From Octopus vulgaris (Eukaryota), in contig OX597814.1 of NCBI GenBank assembly GCA_951406725.2, positions 176,018,001 through 176,082,000 of the forward strand: 64,000 nt of DNA, written 5' to 3'. Below are positions 42,927 to 55,212 of this stretch, piece by piece (the stretch's first letter is position 1; every line of letters starts with the position of its first letter). The notes beneath the pieces were generated by a model. It saw only the letters and a list, made by a program, of their open reading frames with translations. It was not told where the DNA came from and did not search any database. Made by a program: the position numbers and the translations under genes.

Positions 42927-43364
42927 TATTTTGTTATTTTTTATTTGCCCTGTCCGTGTGAGCTAACAATCGTACTGACTTTCATGGGAAGCATGTATTT
43001 TTGTGGTTGAAACCTTTTGGATTAACTGGTGCTAGAGTGAGCCATATAGTGACCACTCTCTTATATTTATTTTGTAAAAATATTATAATATATTATAAAA
43101 TATTATAATAATCCAGGTTTCTCGGAGCACTAGGCCACTTGGTGTAGAATAGATATACTATTAAATTAGTATCTAATTCTCTCACCCTTATTAATTAATT
43201 ATAATTATGCTGCATTTATTTCTAAATGCTGTATTTGTTTTCCGTGAAAGTTTGGCGCGCTGTTAGTTGGGGCATTTGAATTATAACGTCGGATGTAATC
43301 AATTGAACCACACGCGTATTTATCGTTATGGTAAAATCTGGCGTGTGATTGAGTGGATTTCATC

Positions 43365-43460
43365 CAGATAGTTTTGGCCGAAGAGCTACAAGTGGATTTT
43401 ATTGTAAGTAAAATTACATTTAATTCATTAATAGCGAAACAATTGTCCCAAAATAATCTG
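43365..43460 (+). ncRNA. Type I hammerhead motif, CCGAAGA (U4C) core variant
   Basis: Core at 43378; GUC ends at 43447. Confidence 0.78.
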
Positions 43461-43898
43461 TATTTTGTTATTTTTTATTTGCCCTGTCCGTGTGAGCTAA
43501 CAATCGTACTGACTTTCATGGGAAGCATGTATTTTTGTGGTTGAAACCTTTTGGATTAACTGGTGCTAGAGTGAGCCATATAGTGACCACTCTCTTATAT
43601 TTATTTTGTAAAAATATTATAATATATTATAAAATATTATAATAATCCAGGTTTCTCGGAGCACTAGGCCACTTGGTGTAGAATAGATATACTATTAAAT
43701 TAGTATCTAATTCTCTCACCCTTATTAATTAATTATAATTATGCTGCATTTATTTCTAAATGCTGTATTTGTTTTCCGTGAAAGTTTGGCGCGCTGTTAG
43801 TTGGGGCATTTGAATTATAACGTCGGATGTAATCAATTGAACCACACGCGTATTTATCGTTATGGTAAAATCTGGCGTGTGGTTGAGTGGATTTCATC

Positions 43899-43994
43899 CA
43901 GATAGTTTTGGCCGAAGAGCTACAAGTGGATTTTATTGTAAGTAAAATTACATTTAATTCATTAATAGCGAAACAATTGTCCCAAAATAATCTG
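43899..43994 (+). ncRNA. Type I hammerhead motif, CCGAAGA (U4C) core variant
   Basis: Core at 43912; GUC ends at 43981. Confidence 0.78.
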
Positions 43995-44433
43995 TATTTT
44001 GTTATTTTTTATTTGCCCTGTCCGTGTGAGCTAACAATCGCACTGACTTTCATGGGAAGCATGTATTTTTTGTGGTTGAAACCTTTTGGATTAACTGGTG
44101 CTAGAGTGAGCCATATAGTGACCACTCTCTTATATTTATTTTGTAAAAATATTATAATATATTATAAAATATTATAATAATCCAGGTTTCTCGGAGCACT
44201 AGGCCACTTGGTGTAGAATAGATATACTATTAAATTAGTATCTAATTCTCTCACCCTTATTAATTAATTATAATTATGCTGCATTTATTTCTAAATGCTG
44301 TATTTGTTTTCCGTGAAAGTTTGGCGCGCTGTTAGTTGGGGCATTTGAATTATAACGTCGGATGTAATCAATTGAACCACACGCGTATTTATCGTTATGG
44401 TAAAATCTGGCGTGTGGTTGAGTGGATTTCATC

Positions 44434-44529
44434 CAGATAGTTTTGGCCGAAGAGCTACAAGTGGATTTTATTGTAAGTAAAATTACATTTAATTCATTAA
44501 TAGCGAAACAATTGTCCCAAAATAATCTG
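44434..44529 (+). ncRNA. Type I hammerhead motif, CCGAAGA (U4C) core variant
   Basis: Core at 44447; GUC ends at 44516. Confidence 0.78.
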
Positions 44530-44807
44530 TATTTTGTTATTTTTTATTTGCCCTGTCCGTGTGAGCTAACAATCGTACTGACTTTCATGGGAAGCATGTA
44601 TTTTTTGTGGTTGAAACCTTTTGGATTAACTGGTGCTAGAGTGAGCCATATAGTGACCACTCTCTTATATTTATTTTGTAAAAATATTATAATATATTAT
44701 AAAATATTATAATAATCCAGGTTTCTCGGAGCACTAGGCCACTTGGTGTAGAATAGATATACTATTAAATTAGTATCTAATTCTCTCACCCTTATTAATT
44801 AATTATA

Positions 44808-44964
44808 TATATATATATATATATATACATAATAATAATAATAATGATAATAATAATAATAATAATAATAATAACAGTAACAATAACAATAATAATAAAA
44901 ATAATAATAATAATGATGATGATGATAATAATAATGACAATAATAATAATAATAATAATAATAA

Positions 44965-45062
<98 letters not shown>
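44808..45062. repeat. (TA)n, (AAT)n and (TAG)n microsatellite directly right of the ribozyme array
   Basis: Directly visible. Confidence 0.95.
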
Positions 45063-45063
<1 letters not shown>

Positions 45064-47910
45064 TTTGTGTATCATGCTTAATGTAAATACATCATTGAAA
45101 GGCAACTTTTACCGTGATATTTTTACGGTGATAACTCTATTAGACATGCTGCCTTTAAAGACAGTATATATATGTCCTCATGTCTGCAGTGGCTGGTGAG
45201 AACACCAAAGCATTTCTATCTTGTTGAACGTCGTCAATAGCCGACCATCTGTTTAGAATATGCAGCCAACCACATGTTTAGAATATGTAGGAAACCAGTG
45301 AATATACATTCAATGGTCTTACAAATAGATGGATATAACGGTTTGTATTATATGCATGCATACATACACATATACATACATGCAAGCATACATGCATACA
45401 TACATACTTACATAAAAACATACATGTGTACATACATACAAGCACAATTCCTTCACTAATTGTTTTAAGTGCCTTTGTTGCCAGAGCAGACATGGACGTT
45501 GTCTTTGCCCCTTACCTATTTCTTTACTACCCACAAGGGGCTAAACATAGAGGGACAAACAAAGACAGACAAACGGACTAAGTCGATTATATCGACTCCA
45601 GTGCGTAACTGGTTCTTATTTAATCGACCCCGAAAGGATGAAAGGCAAAGTCGACCTCGGCGGAATTTGAACTCAGAACGTAACAGCAGACGAAATACCG
45701 CTAAGCATTTTACCCGGCGTGCTAACGTGTCTGCGTGCTCGCCGCCTCTGCCCCTTACCCTTGACTCGAGTGTACAACTAAGATGTGATATCAAAGGGAA
45801 ATGTAAATTAATTAAAATTTACATTTCCAGTGGTCTAACGTGTAACAAATTTAGTCAACAAGACTATATATTAGTCATACGATATAGTGTATATTTAAAC
45901 ACATAAGGAATCCCCTTATAGGAATTCAACACGCTAGAATGTCCAGGAACCTAGATGGTAAAATGACTTTCATTTTTCAATTCGTTCCTGTCGAATTTTA
46001 TCCCTAATTTTTGTGGTTATAGAACCTAGCTGTTCTTTCCAGCGTGTTGAATTCCTACCAAGATGTGATAGGTAGAGAGAGAAAGGCAGAGAGGAGGAGA
46101 GAGATCTGTATCAACACTCGGATGGTAATCATTTACAGCTCAACAGACTGGAGCAACGTGAAGTGAAGAGCCTTGTTCAAGAATACAACGCACCACCTGA
46201 GTCAAGCATGAAACCCGCATCCGAACATTTTAACCATTAGGCCACACACTTTATGCATAAATGTATGTATGAATGCATATATGCATATATGTGTATATGT
46301 GTGTGTGTGTATAGATAACTTCATGCAACTTAGAGATCTGTTGGCTCGTCGGGCATTTGTCAACTCACTCGTTTGTGAGTGTCTCTGTGTATTTGTGAAT
46401 GTGTGTGCAGTATGTGTGAATGTGTGTGTGTTTGTGTGTGTGCACGCGCGAGTATGTGTGTTTGTTTGTGTGTAGTATGTTTATATGTATAGCAGTGATA
46501 TTGGTTTGCAGACTATTAGTTTATATGTAATTACCAGTCATTTGCACACATTGATTGATATGTTTTGCCCTGACAAACAGCAGGTATACGGACTTTATGT
46601 GATAAACACGGTTACTAGATTGCTTGTCACAATCCAGTAATCACGTCTATCACGAAAGTAGTGAAAGCCGGTCCCTGATGACTTCTTATCAATACACCAT
46701 CGTATTTTGAAATAGATTTCTTCGTGAGATTTTCTGAATGTGAATTCAGTAGTGTGTGGCATACTTTTTAAAATATTTTTTGTATTATATTTTAAATAGT
46801 AGATGGAGATGCTTTTAGGTGTCTACTAATAATGAAAGTTTCTAATATTGTTAAATGTCATATTTGTAGTTTTTTTTAAATATTTTTTTTTGTTTACGAG
46901 CGCTACCGACAATTAGTTCATGAAAAGTATCAATGATTATTTGAACAAAATATTATAGATTTTCAGAGATATTTATTTAGATCTGTTTGAGTATGGAGTG
47001 CTGACATTTGAGATTAAAAGATTTATTCAGTTCTATTTAGTGGCTTACAAATACCAGTCGTGTGAAGCATTTTCGTGACCAACTATTTCTCCATCCTGCT
47101 CTCTACTCTTCATCTGTTCTGTATTTGCAGCGAAAGATTGCCGCCCTCTTTAGTTTGTCCTTGATAATTGAAATCACATGAATGTTTTGATTCTTTTTTT
47201 TTTTTTTTTCACATATTTTGATCTTTAGTTTCCTTGTTATGAATCGTTTCTTATTTAGAAAAAAAAACCCAGCAATTTTGACGCAAAGGTTTAGTTGAGA
47301 CCATCGAACTTACTAATTGACACTGGTGCTTCGTATATATCGTTCCCGAAAGGATGCAAAGCAAATTTAACCGCAGGTAGATTTGACCTCAGAACGAAAT
47401 AACCGGAGGTTTTATTTTAGCTTTAAGAAGTATTCAGTGGATACTCTGCCACGCATCGTCATTGATGTATTTGGCCTCTCAGAAGTGTTTCGGGTCTTTC
47501 AGCATCACTCTGTTTCTTGTCCAGAAATATTACAAGGCAGTTTTATCCCATTCTCCTACAATTTTATCAATCCACCGCCCTATCACTGATATTTGCTCAC
47601 ACAAATATCCTGAATTGTATATTATAGTAAATATGGCATTATTTAGTTACGTCTGTTGATTTTTACCTATCCTGCTTCTGTCGTTGATAACATTATTACC
47701 TATTAAATAAAGGTAGGTCCTTAAACACGAACATCCTCCCAAAAAATTCGGGGAATTAGAGGTTTTGGTTTATCTGTTTGAACGCCGACCTTTTTGACAT
47801 CAGACCTTTTGATGTTTCTTTCATTCTGCCCTACACTTTCATTGTTTATGTGTGAAAGCATATAGGTTTGTATATGTAATTGTAACATTTCTATCGCTCC
47901 CTCAGCATCC

Positions 47911-48033
47911 ACTTACGGCCATATCACGCTGAAAGCACCGATTCTCATCTGATCACTGAAGTGAAGCAATGTCGAGCCCAGTGAGTACGTAGATGGGTGA
48001 TCGATCGCTTGGGAAAACTAGGTGCTGTAACCC
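47911..48033 (+). pseudogene. 5S rRNA pseudogene, full length, followed by TCTTTTT (Pol III terminator-like)
   Basis: ACTTACGGCCATATCACGCTGAAAGCACCG...GATCACTGAAGTGAAGCAATGTCGAGCCCAGTGAGTACGTAGATGGGTGA...GGGAAAACTAGGTGCTGTAA matches the metazoan 5S consensus, with CpG-type decay and a 4-nt insertion near 48001. Confidence 0.88.
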
Positions 48034-48294
48034 TCTTTTTATGTGGAGGCGTGTGGATTAATGGTTAGGGGTGTTGGACTCATGATTGTAAGATTGTGGT
48101 TTCAATTCCTGGACCGAGTGACACGTTGTGTTCTTGAGCACAACACTTCATTTCACGTTATTCCAATTTATTCAGCTGGCAAAAATGAGTCATCCTGAAA
48201 CTGGCCGGCGTCCCGTCCGTGGAATAATATATACGCCAGAGAAACTGGGAAACCAGCTCTATGAGTTTGTATGACTCGGAAAGAAACTTTCATC

Positions 48295-48803
48295 TATCCA
48301 CTGGGATGACCTCGTCACTAACGCCAAGGTTCTAGAGAAGGCAAAGGTCACTAGTGTGAAAGAAACTCTGTTGAAGATATAGTTACTCTGGGCAAGACAT
48401 GTCACCAGGATGGAAGATCATTGACACCTCAAGATCATAATGTATGGCTAACTCTTAACTGACCTCTGTGATAGAAGAACACCAAGGACGAGTTACACGG
48501 ACTACCAAAAGAAATCCCACGGTGTCTACCAGTGGTCTGTTTTTGCCGCGAACCGTGAAATCTACCATCTCATTGTCCTCCGGGAAGCAGCCTTCTTTGA
48601 ATATTCGCAGAACCATCCTTGCAGACAAGAGAAAAAGGAGGAAAAACAAGGACACTACTGCTAACTCTGATCAGCCTACCTTCTCATGAAGCTTCTGCGG
48701 TCGTCCTTGTTTGTTTCGGGTTGAATTTGTCGGGCATCGGCAAACCTGGAACAGACTGGAACATCCTCATCCATACACCTTCCTTTGCAAAGGCAAGCCA
48801 AGT
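48295..48803 (+). mobile_element. Degenerate RTE (BovB-like) LINE 3' fragment
   Basis: WDDLVTNAKVLEKAKVTSVKETLLKI*LLWARHVTRMEDH*HLKIIMYG*L matches the RTE motif QLRWAGHVxRM...PK...YGEL; a decayed CGRxC zinc-finger-like end lies near 48697. Confidence 0.75.
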
Positions 48804-48865
48804 AAAACATGTATGTGTGTGTGTGTGAGTGTATGAGTGTGTGTGTGTGTGCACGCGCGTGTGAG

Positions 48866-48898
<33 letters not shown>

Positions 48899-48952
48899 GT
48901 GGGGGGGTATATATTCATGTGTGCGTATATATTCATGTGTGTGAGTGTGTGC

Positions 48953-49013
<61 letters not shown>

Positions 49014-49127
49014 GGTATATATTCATGTGTGTGTGTGGGTATATATTCATGAATATATACCCACATATATACACAGGGACACATACATATATACACAGGG
49101 ACACATACATATTCTTTTTTTTTTTTC

Positions 49128-49535
49128 TTTCTTTTACTTGTTTCAGTCATTTGACTGCGGCCATGCTGAAGCACCGCCTTTAGTCGAGCAAATCGACCCC
49201 GGAACTTATTCTTTGTAAGCCCAGTACTTATTATATCGGTCTCTTTTGCCGAACCGCTAAGTAACGGGGACGTAAACACACCACCATCGGTTGTCAAGCA
49301 ATGCTATGGGGGACAAACACAGACACACAAACACACGCATACATATATATATATATATATATACATATATACGACAGGCTTCTTTCAGTTTCCGTCTACC
49401 AAATCCACTCACAAGGCATTGGTCGGCCCGGGGCTATAGCAGAAGACACTTGCCCAAGATGCCACGCAGTGGAATTGAACCCGGAACCATGTGGTTGGTT
49501 AGCAAGCTACTTACCACACAGCCACTCCTGCGCCT
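49128..49535 (-). mobile_element. SINE family C: tRNA-like head, internal (TA)n/(TG)n, LINE-like tail ...GGCGGTGCTCCAGCATGGCCGCAGTCAAATGACTGAAACAAG
   Basis: Near-complete copy. Others at about 3430-3900, 4965-5592, 6945-7200, 7305-7737, 38300-38543, 61940-62320 (+) and 34805-35190, 37872-38100, 38560-38715 (-). Confidence 0.8.
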
Positions 49536-50382
49536 ATGTTTTAATTAACAAGTAATAATTGAGAAAAGAAATCGTTACCAACATGACAAGCACTATTTCG
49601 TTACTTCGTTACTTCCCTGTCTGAAAAACATGTGGAAGCACTAAATTTTCCTGACGTGCACACGGTAGAAGATAAAAAATAATTGTCTGGATAATTGGAA
49701 CCATGCTGCTTTTGGTAACGCTGCTACGCTTAATGCTATTGCCAATGCAGTGGCTTCTATTGGCGTTTGTTGCTGCAGATATTGTTATTCTGGGTGTTGT
49801 TGTTGTTGTTGATGCTGTTCGATTAGCAATTATTTTAATCTCAGACTTTATTTCCCATGGAATCATTTTTAATAAATTCACTTTTAAAAAGAAATAGTAG
49901 CAAAGAAATGTCAAATATCAAGAACGATTGAAAAAAAAAGTCATACACGCCAAGGAACACACACTTACAGACATACACATACAAATACACACACAACACA
50001 TATACAATATATATACATACATATATATATCTGCATATATGTATATAAACACAAGTACACTTTATGCATGCATTTGTGTATACATACACACACACACACA
50101 CATATATATATATAAAGAGAGAGAGATAGTCAGATACATATATAAATATATAAATATATGTATGTATATATATGTATAGACATTATATACATATATATAT
50201 ATATGTGTGTATATATATATCAATATATATTTATACGCATGCATATATACATATATATGTGCGTGTCTGTGAGTGTCTTTGTGTGTGTGTGTTTATTATA
50301 TCCATATATATGTACATATGCATATATATATACATACATGTGCATATATGAATATGCTCATGCTATATATATATATATATAT

Positions 50383-50414
<32 letters not shown>

Positions 50415-51337
50415 TGTATGTATGTATGTATGTATGTATCTATATATATATGTATGTGTGTACCTACACATACATCACGCTCATACAGCGAAAAGCATAC
50501 CCTTAAGAGGATAATTCTGAGAAGGCAGATAGATTGGTAAGTAGGTTGGTAGATAACGTATGTCATGTTGAATCTCTGCCGTATGATCTATATCTATACA
50601 GCCATTCATTTTTGCATGAACCAGGAATTTGTGTGTATTGTATATTTGTAGAAATGTGCACATGCGCGTTCCCTTCTGTTCGTGCGTGTGTCAGTGTTCA
50701 TGTTAGTGTACTGTTCATGTGCCCATACATAACAGCTTACTGCCTAGGTATATAAGTACTTAGATAAGTATGCGAATGTACGTTCACTTTTTGAATATAT
50801 GTGTTTATACGTGAGTCTTTGTGCAATATATTGCGGTATTTTTTTTTGTTTTACTTCAAGCGTATGTCTTCTTTAGTCTTTAGTACACACAGACTTACGC
50901 GTACATTTATATATTTCACATCGTATTGATATTTTCAGCTTATATATATATATATATATATATATGTGTATGTATGTATATATATATATATATATATACG
51001 CATATATATATATATACATATGCATATATATATACTTATATGTATAAATATATATATATATATGTATATATGTGTGTGTGTGTTTGAGTGCCGACGTATA
51101 CGTAGGTGCTCCTACCATTTTAATGATCAAGAAGCTGTATTTTAATACACTCGTCCCTCAATTAACAAGTGCGCTTGATCGATTAGGGTAAATTTTGCAC
51201 CACTTGTGTACATATGTATATATATATATATATATATACGTAAACATTTACAGATATACATACTCACATATATACATATATATTTTCCTGAATATATATA
51301 TATGTATATATATGTATATATATATAATGAACATATA

Positions 51338-51380
<43 letters not shown>

Positions 51381-51580
51381 ATACGTTTATGTGTGTGTAT
51401 GTAAAAAAAATAAGAAAAAAGATTTAATTAAGAATCGTGTATTTACCGTGTTACATTATTGGTCTAATTTCTAACTCTCAGAATGCGGCGGTAACATCAG
51501 CATCTGGATTGAAGTAATGATAGCCATGACAGCAGCACCGATAATAATCACTATATAATAATAAATACCTGTAGTACAAA

Positions 51581-51611
<31 letters not shown>

Positions 51612-51745
51612 AAATACTAATAATGATGATGATGATGATGATGATGGTTTCAAATTTTGGCACGAGTCCGTCAATTTTGGGGGAAATAAAATTAATAACG
51701 ATATTCAACAGCAGTTCCAGCAACAGTAATAACGACAGCAATAAC

Positions 51746-51806
<61 letters not shown>

Positions 51807-51847
51807 AAAAGTTATATCCCATATGGATAATTAAACTGGTTTGGGGG

Positions 51848-52113
51848 CTAGTTAGTTAGTTAGTTAATTTTTGGCTCAAAAGCAAATAGCAAGGCCATGT
51901 AGGGGGACATGGAGTTAAGTACAGGGTGGTGTTCATGTAAAGAGTTCAGGCCACTTGAGGTCAAGGTAGACTTTGAACAAAGCGGTCGTCGGCATCTTCA
52001 CCATCTCGTCTGGCAGCTTGTTCCACGGATCCGCAACCCGGACGGAGAAAGCTCCTCTCCTTCGATTGAGATGAAATCGTCGCAGGTAGAGCTTTTCGGA
52101 ATGACCCCGCAGT
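51848..52113 (-). mobile_element. CR1-like LINE 3' end with (TAAC)n tail
   Basis: LRGHSEKL...RRGAFSVRVADPWNKLPDEMV...FKVYLD, the typical CR1-group ORF2 C-terminus; GTTA repeats at 51848-51866. Confidence 0.82.
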
Positions 52114-52254
52114 GAAGAACAGCTAAATTTGATAGTTTGCATAAAAGAAAAAGAAAATACAATATCTATCCAAAACTATAAGTATTTTTAACAAATCAAA
52201 AAATATCGATTATGGCCGGGAAATAATAACTTACTCAAATTATCTGCCCTCACC

Positions 52255-52952
52255 TTCCGCCATGTCCTCGAGATAGCTCCGAAACCTGGTGGATGCGTCC
52301 TCCATTTTGTTCCTGGGAAGATCTTCGAACACCTTCTTGATTTTGGCCACAAGTTTGGCCTTGATGCTACACACTTAGTAATCCGTGGAATTATAATCTG
52401 GGGAAGTATGGGGTCAGAAATTGGGGCTGGTAAAGTTGTGGAAATTCTCTAATAACCACTTCTGACTCTTTCCGGAGGTATGGCAAGGAGTCAAATCCTG
52501 CTGCCACAGATATATGGCCGTCCAGCAGCAACTCACTACAGCCAGAGATCGAACACAGCTTCCAGCATCTAAATTGAGCCTCAGGCCCTGTTCAGAGATT
52601 TGGGGAACGTACGTCTGCCTATGGATGTAGTCAGAGCGTCTGCTGAACCGCTTCCTGCTGGTCACGGCATCGTAGCCTCCATTGCGGCTGTTCATGTCAT
52701 GTCTTATTGCGTTTATCGTGCTCACAGAGCGATGAACAACAGTCGTGATGTCAGCATTTTGTTAGCCAGCTCGAATCATCATGATACGGGTAACTTTTTT
52801 CCAACATTCAGATGGCTTCCAGTCATCCGTATCAGCTAACGCTTTCTCAACTACAATTTCAATCTTTATGCTCTCCAATGCCGTTGACTGTTCACCAATA
52901 CATCAAGCTGTTCCCGAAAAAACACATAAAATATCGCCCGAACACCTTGTAT
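52255..52952 (-). mobile_element. Degenerate Tc1/mariner-superfamily transposase remnant
   Basis: Minus strand WQQDLTPCHTSGKSQKWLLENF...*PHTSPDYNSTDY resembles the QQDxAPxH...WPPxSPDxNPxDY catalytic region. Confidence 0.65.
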
Positions 52953-52997
52953 ATTGGAATATGTTCATAAGTACTTGACGCTATCTATCTGTTAGTG

Positions 52998-53302
52998 AAG
53001 GCGCATGGATCAGTGGTTAGAGCGTCGAGCTTACGATCGTGAGGTTGTGAGCTCGAATCCCGGACCGGGCTGCGTGTTGTGTTCTTGAGCAAGGCACTTT
53101 ATTTCACGTTGCTCCAGTTCACTCAGCTGTAGAAATGAGTTGCGACTTCACTGGTGCCAAGCTGTATCGACCTTTTTCTTTCCCTTGGATAACACTGGTG
53201 GCGTGGAGAGGGGAGGCTGGTATGCATGGGCGACTGCTGGTCTTCCATAAACAACCGTGTGCAATCCCATGGTCATTCATGACCGAAGAGGGTCTTTACC
53301 CT
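52998..53302 (+). mobile_element. tRNA-derived CORE-type SINE
   Basis: Head GGCGCATGGATCAGTGGTTAGAGCG...TCGAATCCCGG with A/B-box-like motifs, then TGTGTTCTTGAGCAAGGCACTTTATTTCACGTTGCTCCAGTTCACTCAGCTGTAGAAATGAG, resembling the MIR CORE domain. Relatives at about 13989-14330, 48045-48290, 56140-56450. Confidence 0.72.
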
Positions 53303-53689
53303 TTTACTTGACGCTTAGGATTTATCCTATGTATGTGTATGCGTATGTATGAGTTATCTGCATATGTATATATGTATGTTTTAAGTATACATACCACGAT
53401 CACGTGATCGACCAGATCATCACATGTTGCTACACATCGCTGGTCACAATGCATTCGAATGACGCCACCCCGCTGGCTAAGCGAGCAGGCCAACAGATGA
53501 AAGTGTGAAAGAAAGAATGGTGAAAGAGTAAAGCAGGGATCACCACCCCCTGCCGGAGCGTCGTGGAGCTTTTAGGTGTTTTCGCTCAGTAAACACACAC
53601 AACGTCCGGTCTGGGATCGAAACCGCGATCCTACGACCGCGAGTCCGCTGCCCTAGCCTACTGGGCCATTGCACCTCCACAAGTATAAA

Positions 53690-53731
<42 letters not shown>

Positions 53732-53734
<3 letters not shown>

Positions 53735-54102
53735 ATATATAAACGGCAGTTTGTCTGTGCGTGTTTCTGTGTGTCTGTTTGCTTATACCTTCACCCTGAC
53801 CACGGCTTTCAACCGATTCTGATGAAACTTGACACACACATAGCCCAATGTCATAATTCAAAACTAACGCAGTGAAAATTTTGAAAAGTTCCCCCAGTTC
53901 TGAAAAAAATCGATAAATTCGACATGGGGTCCAGAATCAGAAACACAAACTGTCTAGGGAACGCAACTCCACCTTTTTTAACTAAAAAAAAAATTTACCA
54001 TCATTTTGTTCCATTTTTTTGCTATTTTTTGGCTATAACTCTCTAAAAATGCTTTATAGTTATTTCCCTTACAAACCTGAGCAACGCCGGGCGATACTGC
54101 TA

Positions 54103-54103
<1 letters not shown>
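53732..54103 (+). mobile_element. Non-autonomous Helitron-like element (same 3' end as 34403, different body)
   Basis: A|TCTATATATAAACGGCAG...GAGCAACGCCGGGCGATACTGCTAG|T, inside (TA)n. Confidence 0.8.
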
Positions 54104-54139
<36 letters not shown>

Positions 54140-54140
<1 letters not shown>

Positions 54141-54645
54141 TGAAACTTTACTCCCTCCAGCGTCGCCGAGAGCGGTACATCATTTGTACGATGTGGAAAA
54201 TATACCGCCAACTTTGCCCAAACGACCTAAACATTAGCTTCAAGGTTCATCCGAGACTTGGACCACGGGCTATACGTCCCCTGCTAAATTCAAGATCACA
54301 ACATACATGTACACTGCAACATAATTTCTTTTCCTCAACAGGCCCTGCCCTATTTAACATTGTCCCGAGGGAGATCAAAGAGGAAAAGGATCCCATCAAC
54401 TTCAAACAGAGTCTGGATAGATTCCTTCAAAGAATACCAGACAAGCCACTCATAATTGGATACAACTCACCCAACAAGAACTCACTACTTGAACAAAACT
54501 GGATACAACTCACCCAACAAGAACTCACTACTTGAACAAAACTTGACTTAAACAGGATTCGAATAATCCTATCAGGTGGTGCTATTAAGTTAGACATGGC
54601 CTGGACCAATCTCTGGTCGAATCATATCTAAGTTTTATCTAAGTT
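54140..54645 (+). mobile_element. LINE 3' fragment (CR1 group, related to the 22897 element) with an internal 43-bp tandem duplication at 54457-54542
   Basis: LKLYSLQRRRERY...GPALFNIVP...FKQSLDRFLQRIPDKP...NSLL; 3' end with repeated TATCTAAGTTT. Confidence 0.85.
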
Positions 54646-54664
54646 TATATATATATATATATAC

Positions 54665-54717
<53 letters not shown>

Positions 54718-54718
54718 T

Positions 54719-54750
<32 letters not shown>

Positions 54751-54856
54751 GTAGGTAGGTAGGTAGGTAGGTAGGTAGGTAGGTAGGTAGGTAGGTAGGT
54801 AGGTAGGTAGGTAGGTAGGTAGATAGATCGACAGACAGACAGACAGACAGACAGAC

Positions 54857-54930
<74 letters not shown>

Positions 54931-55212
54931 GAATAAAAGAGTAATAAAATGACGGGAATATATACGTAGAAAAATTAGAGAAATGGAGGGAAAGATGGGT
55001 AGATAGACCGAGTGACAATTTGTGCCATTAAGAGATAAAGAAGATTTGGTGCGTGCTCTATGAGCAGGTGGCATGTTTCACGTGACCTATGTGAGTGAGC
55101 AGACAACACATAGGAAGGCTGTGACTGTTGAGAAAGATGCAAAAATTATAGTTCATCTGGTACTTTATATCGTGTCTTATTTACAAATTCATTCAGATGT
55201 TAGCAATGTCTG

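Larger units (their letters stand above)
38742..44807. mobile_element. Hammerhead-ribozyme tandem array (putative non-LTR retrozyme / Penelope-like pLTR array); 534-bp unit, two inverted arms, flanked by (TA)n
   Basis: Near-identical units recur every 533-535 bp (ORF-track starts 38995/39530/40063/40597/41131 on -, 41750/42284/42819/43353/43887/44422 on +). Each unit contains a type I hammerhead motif. Both ends run directly into (TA)n (about 38715-38741 and 44808-44827). Confidence 0.88.
41223..44807 (+). repeat. Right arm: about 6.7 tandem copies of the 534-bp unit, ribozyme sense on the plus strand
   Basis: Begins TCATCCAGATAGTTTTGG, the reverse complement of left-arm sequence ending at 41124; ends CCCTTATTAATTAATTATA, then (TA)n. 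Confidence 0.95.

Noticed and set aside
38714-44712. Repeated 63-96 aa ORF MDFIQIVLAEELQ... in nearly every array unit
   Set aside because: It starts at GTG, its length changes with a T5/T6 homopolymer, it has no recognisable domain, and it overlaps the ribozyme cleavage site. Best explained as incidental.
38742-44807. CRISPR-like array, rDNA or histone-type gene cluster interpretation
   Set aside because: No variable spacers, and no rRNA, snRNA or histone similarity; whole units are near-identical.
47911-48033. Functional 5S rRNA gene
   Set aside because: Solitary copy with a 4-nt insertion, multiple CpG-type substitutions and an imperfect terminal stem.
52998-53070. tRNA gene-like sequences at SINE heads (also 13989, 27040, 48045, 56140)
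   Set aside because: Each continues into a SINE body and does not form a clean cloverleaf.
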